Below, piece by piece: positions 61,701 through 64,000 of a DNA stretch of 64,000 nucleotides; position 1 is the first letter of the stretch, and every line of letters begins with the position of its first letter. The stretch is from a virus. The position numbers and the translations under genes are program-made. The notes below the pieces were generated by a model that searched no databases, was not told the DNA's origin, and saw nothing but the letters and a program-made list of their open reading frames with translations. Location: positions 4,746 through 68,745 of IMG/VR virus record IMGVR_UViG_3300023184_003237, one strand, 5' to 3'.

Positions 61701-62146
61701 ATAGATTACAAATTCCAAAGCATTATATTTTTCATGCCACTAACCCTGTTAACGGGTTAAAGTATGGTCACCAAGCTATTGTTGCTAACAATAAAAAACT
61801 TACACTAGAAAACTTTGGAACTGGATTAGACTTTACTATGGATAGTGAACATGAGATTATTAAAATCAACTCAGGTGTTGCAATATTTAATACTAGTGCA
61901 TGGGACACCTGGCGTACAGCATTCCGTGAATGTATTAAACTTAAAGCATCATCTACTGATGAAAGCAAAGAACGTTTGGAAATGTGGTTAACTGTGGGTA
62001 TGGGTGAGTTCAATGAATACAGCATGGAAGGTGCACAACATGCAGTAGAATACTATAACGAAGTTAACGGGGACTTTGATAAATTAAGATTAAGTTATGA
62101 TTGGCCTTGGTTGAAAGAAAAATTTAATTTTTATTATAACATATGA
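55748..62146 (+). CDS. 2132-aa repeat protein: about 20 'FD(F/Y)SWxP...YIYxFG' modules plus degenerate GT-A-like domains
   Basis: Tandem 65-75-aa repeats span about 56111-60045. The C-terminal domain (61475-62146) aligns with the 35436..36389 GT but has NAK in place of DGD. Confidence 0.75.
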   Translation: MLRDVFYYGNKPNVHPREKFATSIEDARQQCTTEHFWIINEYCDYQNFDWDFDFEFLPNEDVWAEEHNNVWPSQHQKDSGTWLCSSQPSQVIIYRNDVNPVIRKNIKNDNWVLVYPVDETKFDFSWHPDPTDPPYIHSWGCKFFPVELQACVEYHAPGASTIKYMRGVVELLPQPDKFDHFENSYDIDYSWVPDPTSPPYIYVWGNQWNKPEDKISIQYVVEGATEYKFMKERATRKPCLENWAIPENIDYKNFDYSWEPSPAEPPFIYQFGTQWQKTGGPRYEVEGATEIKYIDIFKAKRLVNMTNWTLPKNIDIKDFDFSWHPDDTSPPYIYRFPTQWAMSGGPVYVVPEATEIKYIDTLVAKATASMDNWEIPDYIDVDNFDYSWHPYIEDEPYIYQFGTQWQKTGGPKYITPGTNKNSPVKYIDTRIIKAKRLPNKKAFTTLDNIVIKDFDYSWHPDTTEESFIYVFGNTQYPAEIMPTIEYVMPGATQIKYINDIVVKLGENRNNWIITQPIAEDNFDFSWVPNPKDPPYIYTWGNKYISNLYKPTIQYKVEGAIEIKYMDDLVKVLPELDKWVIPANIDDSFFDYTWRPDPLEPDLIWQFGTQWQKTGGPRYIVPGATEIKYVDTQKVKVLPNNVYWKIIDNLKIKEFDYSWHPDETEESFIYVFGNTQYPAEIMPTIEYVMPGATQIKYIGEVIALLDVDMNGWIVPDNIDIGEFDFSWKPNPKDPAYIYEFGTQWQKTGGPRYIIPGATEIKYVDTQKVKILTNKLNWIIPKKIDITDFDFSWHPDDSSPPYIYRFPTQWATSGGPEYIVSGATEIKYIDILMAKAVPDKTNWEFDPTTIDVNNFDFSWHPYIEDEPYIYQFGTQWQKTGGPRYVTPGAHKNSPVKYIDTRIIKSKRLSNKKYWRTVNNYVIADFDYSWHPDETEESFIYVFGNTQYPAEIMPTIEYYIPGADQYKYINDIVVKLGENKLNWIIPNNVDTTDFDFSWVPNPKDPAYIYEFGTQWQKTGGPRYIVPGATEIKYVDTQKVLALPNKNNWVMPIGLKIASFDYSWHPDATEEDYIYQFGTQWVMTGGPKYVMPGATQVKYIDNNNAIIGPNKANWVIPKNIAVDQFDFSWHPHPDDPMFIYHFGTQWQKTGGPKYLTPGVNKDSPVKYIDTRIIKAKRLPEKDNFIILDNIVIKDFDYSWHPDETDTPFIYVFGNTQYPAEIMPTIQYIPKEIAKLSSDNPIGQIKYVTDIVAKLGPNKTNWVIPDNVIAFDYSWVPNPKDPDYIYEFGTQWHDRGGPRYVPNSIPRLASGEPIGQIKYVTDIVAKLGENKSCWNIPDDIDLNNFDFSWVPHPNEPAYIYIFGTQWQKTGGPTYVPEAIPILASGKPIGQLKYVDSIHATKLPSKKYWFNPNQSDISTFDYSWHPDETAPPYIYQFGTLLDKEDGPRYMSPNTNGEIIYLERVERTEIEIEIPIEKIEGFPKYIITTTLEDLIEQHPNKLFWALNPDLDYSEFDFDWRPDIEQSQYLHAFGSQDNINTQTYFVNAASWLKGFKDINYVEDKTINVKINIDMFFVDRSNNESQVRFEGLKQQFPNIQKTRYLNSWVDTINRCINRASSNLCWILNSELDYSDFDFNYYPNPWQMKMVHVFGTQWSHWGTTFMVNRETFAQDTKFIKIIEHLSNLNFVKDRKAKATNILYDIVYIDHGNTDMTQLKKEGKLIVNYQDSYIATLQKMLSMLTVKKEHYVWVASTVCDYKDFDFTYICDPFAKDQLHVFPSDRQKFGDTFLIDVNKLRTLIEDMNTLEDYEKINYNQSQRVKRLSAPVIVTKEDTHVNNINSIFNFPYAVFITEDNKDINIIDTEPMSLWTPESKNIQITSVGGTRIVVPKEAKDYIKHELYDYPYIITNSRLAKSNPLDIVFFSNGETSADTNYEHLLKITQGLPNKVVRIDGVSGRVNSQHVAANSSDTQWYFLVNAKLKVNSKFDFNWQPDRLQIPKHYIFHATNPVNGLKYGHQAIVANNKKLTLENFGTGLDFTMDSEHEIIKINSGVAIFNTSAWDTWRTAFRECIKLKASSTDESKERLEMWLTVGMGEFNEYSMEGAQHAVEYYNEVNGDFDKLRLSYDWPWLKEKFNFYYNI
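57137..57838 (+). repeat. 102-bp perfect direct repeat (57137-57238 and 57737-57838)
   Basis: GAAGAATCTTTTATTTATGTG...CAAATAAAATATATA is identical in both copies, which are exactly 600 bp apart. Confidence 0.92.
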
Positions 62147-63165
62147 AAAATTTGACAATAGATTATTGGAACCATCATGTTGACCGATATGGTTTTATGA
62201 AAAAGATATTTGATAAAGAACCAGTAGACAACATAATAATTTTTGCTTGCAATGAATGGGATACATTGTCAATTTTTGGTAATGTGTATGTATGGGATTA
62301 TTTTCACTATTATGTACAAAAAGAAAAAATTAAAATAGAATTGATAACTGCTAGTCCGATACCATATCAATCTGAAAATTTAAACATTACATATTGGGGA
62401 GAATATTGGTTAATAAAAACATATGCAAATGTTATGAGGCCGGATGCGTCAAAAGCTATTAAGCTGAAAAAAGAAAAGGCAATGGGATTAAAATATCATT
62501 TTATTTGTATGAATCATAGACCCCATATTCATCGGTGTCGTCTTATAGATTTGTTAGAAAAAAATAATTTAATATCTAGTAATGCAATTTCTTGGCACAA
62601 TACTAACGAATTTGGTACATATCCCTTTGAATATTTTAAACCTAAAATGTTAAAATTTAATCAAACTTTTGATTCATATGCTGAAGATAAAAATACGAGC
62701 AATTTACCAATCGAATATTTTCAATCATTTGCACAATTGATTTCTGAAAGCACCGACGAACATATGTTTTTTTCAGAAAAAGTATCAATGGCATTAATTT
62801 GGGAAAAACCTTTTTTAGCGCATTCGGGTCCCGGACTTCATAAATATTTAACAACGTTAGGATTTGAGTTATATACTGAAATTTTTGATTATTCATTTGA
62901 TTCGGAACTTGACTCTAAAAAAAGACTTAATATGATAGTAAATAATTTTATCAAACTATGTGAAATTCCATTAGATAAATTGAAAAAAATAGAAAATCAA
63001 CTACAACCTAAGTTAGAACATAATAAAAATAGAGCAAAAGAAATTGCAATGAATATTGATAAATTTCCAGAAATAATTAAATCTTTTAAAGATGATTTTT
63101 CGGCATTAACTGATATATATGAAAATATTAATTATATTAATTATATTCAAAATCTTACTAAATAA
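62143..63165 (+). CDS. Putative GT-B-type glycosyltransferase, paralog 4
   Basis: FICMNHRPHIHR, QSFAQLISES, FSEKVSMAL..EKPFL and GFELYTEIFDYSFD. Confidence 0.5.
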   Translation: MKNLTIDYWNHHVDRYGFMKKIFDKEPVDNIIIFACNEWDTLSIFGNVYVWDYFHYYVQKEKIKIELITASPIPYQSENLNITYWGEYWLIKTYANVMRPDASKAIKLKKEKAMGLKYHFICMNHRPHIHRCRLIDLLEKNNLISSNAISWHNTNEFGTYPFEYFKPKMLKFNQTFDSYAEDKNTSNLPIEYFQSFAQLISESTDEHMFFSEKVSMALIWEKPFLAHSGPGLHKYLTTLGFELYTEIFDYSFDSELDSKKRLNMIVNNFIKLCEIPLDKLKKIENQLQPKLEHNKNRAKEIAMNIDKFPEIIKSFKDDFSALTDIYENINYINYIQNLTK

Positions 63166-63168
63166 TAT

Positions 63169-63360
63169 ATGATAGTAAAACTTGCAAACAAAATCGGACA
63201 GGCACATGCTAAGTTCTTTATGTGGTTAGGGCGCAAAGCCGAAACTAACCCATGGTGGGCAGTTGCATTAACTATTTGGGCATTGTATGAAATTGGTGAA
63301 CATATTGCCGGTCCAGTTATGGCAATCATGTATGCTACTGGGCACCTAGTTGTTCAATAA
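63169..63360 (+). CDS. Small putative membrane protein
   Basis: 63 aa with hydrophobic segments (PWWAVALTIWALY; GPVMAIMY). Confidence 0.6.
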   Translation: MIVKLANKIGQAHAKFFMWLGRKAETNPWWAVALTIWALYEIGEHIAGPVMAIMYATGHLVVQ

Positions 63361-63410
63361 TGTCAACTAAATACATGTCTACCGCGTTATATATGTATAG
63401 GAGATAAATT

Positions 63411-63740
63411 ATGAAGAAATTACTTTTGGTTGCACTAACATTAATGGTCAGTAATATGGCTTTTGCTCAAGATTGTCGTTGGGGTATAGATCATCGTCAT
63501 CCAGGATGCGGACCTCGTTGGGAACACAGACCCGTTATTGTTGAACGTAATGATTGGGTAGCCCCATTGATTATTGGTGGTATTGCTGGTGCAGTTATTG
63601 CCAATGCTAATCAGCAACCAGTTGTTGTTCAACGTGAACAAGTGATTGTACAACAACCACAAACTGTTTGTACTTCTTGGAAAGAAATTCAACAACCAGA
63701 TGGACAGATTTACCGTGAGCGTAATTGCTATCAACGATAA
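63411..63740 (+). CDS. Putative exported small protein
   Basis: AGGAG SD, signal-peptide-like MKKLLLVALTLMVSNMAFA, a GGIAGAVIA segment and two Cys pairs. Confidence 0.7.
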   Translation: MKKLLLVALTLMVSNMAFAQDCRWGIDHRHPGCGPRWEHRPVIVERNDWVAPLIIGGIAGAVIANANQQPVVVQREQVIVQQPQTVCTSWKEIQQPDGQIYRERNCYQR

Positions 63741-63749
63741 ATAAAAAGA

Positions 63750-64000
63750 TAGTTGTAATCCCTTCAAAGAGGATGTGTTCAAGACGCCGGTTCGAATCCG
63801 GCCAGGTCCACCATAAACACATAGACCGTGCATTATCGTCATTTGACGGTGGTAAACAGAATGACGTAACTGGAACCCTTGTTATGTGTTTATGATGGGC
63901 CTGCTCTGGTAATCGATTGGGCAAATAGTCAGCGACGGCAACTCGGTAGATGACGACCGTTAATCGCATAAAATCAATAACTGCAAACGACGAGTTATAT
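63750..64000 (+). ncRNA. ssrA: Circularly permuted (two-piece) tmRNA gene, 3'-truncated by the window edge
   Basis: The acceptor piece ends GAC-GCCGG-TTCGAAT-CCGGC-CAGGTCC-A-CCA (63783-63813). The coding piece starts GGGCCTG at 63897, which pairs with CAGGTCC and gives G3:U70. TTGGGCA (63917-23) pairs with TGTTCAA (63776-82). The resume context AATAACT-GCA AAC GAC GAG TTA TAT encodes ANDELY from 63983. Confidence 0.9.

Noticed and set aside
63783-63813. A tRNA gene ending in CCA
   Set aside because: There is no upstream acceptor 5' strand, D-arm or anticodon arm. The complementary strand lies downstream and leads into a tmRNA tag frame.
63441-63969. Minus-strand ORFs 63441..63842 and 63607..63969
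   Set aside because: They overlap a well-formed + strand gene and the tmRNA. WWTWPDSNRR is simply the antisense translation of a T-arm/CCA end.
1-64000. Alternative genetic code (TAG/TGA recoding seen in some huge phages)
   Set aside because: Very long ORFs are intact in the standard code. TGA and TAG act as real stops at ATGA overlaps and at 54170-54172.

Overview
This AT-rich window is almost entirely + strand and densely coding. It looks like part of a very large (jumbo/huge) T4-like myophage genome in the standard genetic code. 1-33.2 kb is a tail/baseplate module: a 5'-truncated gp27-like hub, a gp5/VgrG-like spike with a long Gly/Ala/Ser tail, gp25- and gp6-like wedge proteins, a 6631-aa modular virion protein, and fibre proteins. 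33.2-63.4 kb is a tightly coupled, roughly 30-kb gene run that looks like glycan biosynthesis and tailoring. It holds seven radical SAM enzymes (four with an N-terminal twitch-like Cys cluster, two B12-binding type), about eight glycosyltransferase-like domains, a GDP-mannose 3,5-epimerase, an NDP-sugar dehydrogenase fused through an A10 run to a GT-like domain, two SGNH-like proteins, a NodU/CmcH carbamoyltransferase, and a 2132-aa protein built from about 20 repeats of a GT-derived motif. The last 250 bp hold a circularly permuted (two-piece) tmRNA gene: the T-arm/CCA piece lies upstream of the GGGCCTG...ANDELY coding piece. All family assignments come from motif recognition by eye; no database searches were run.
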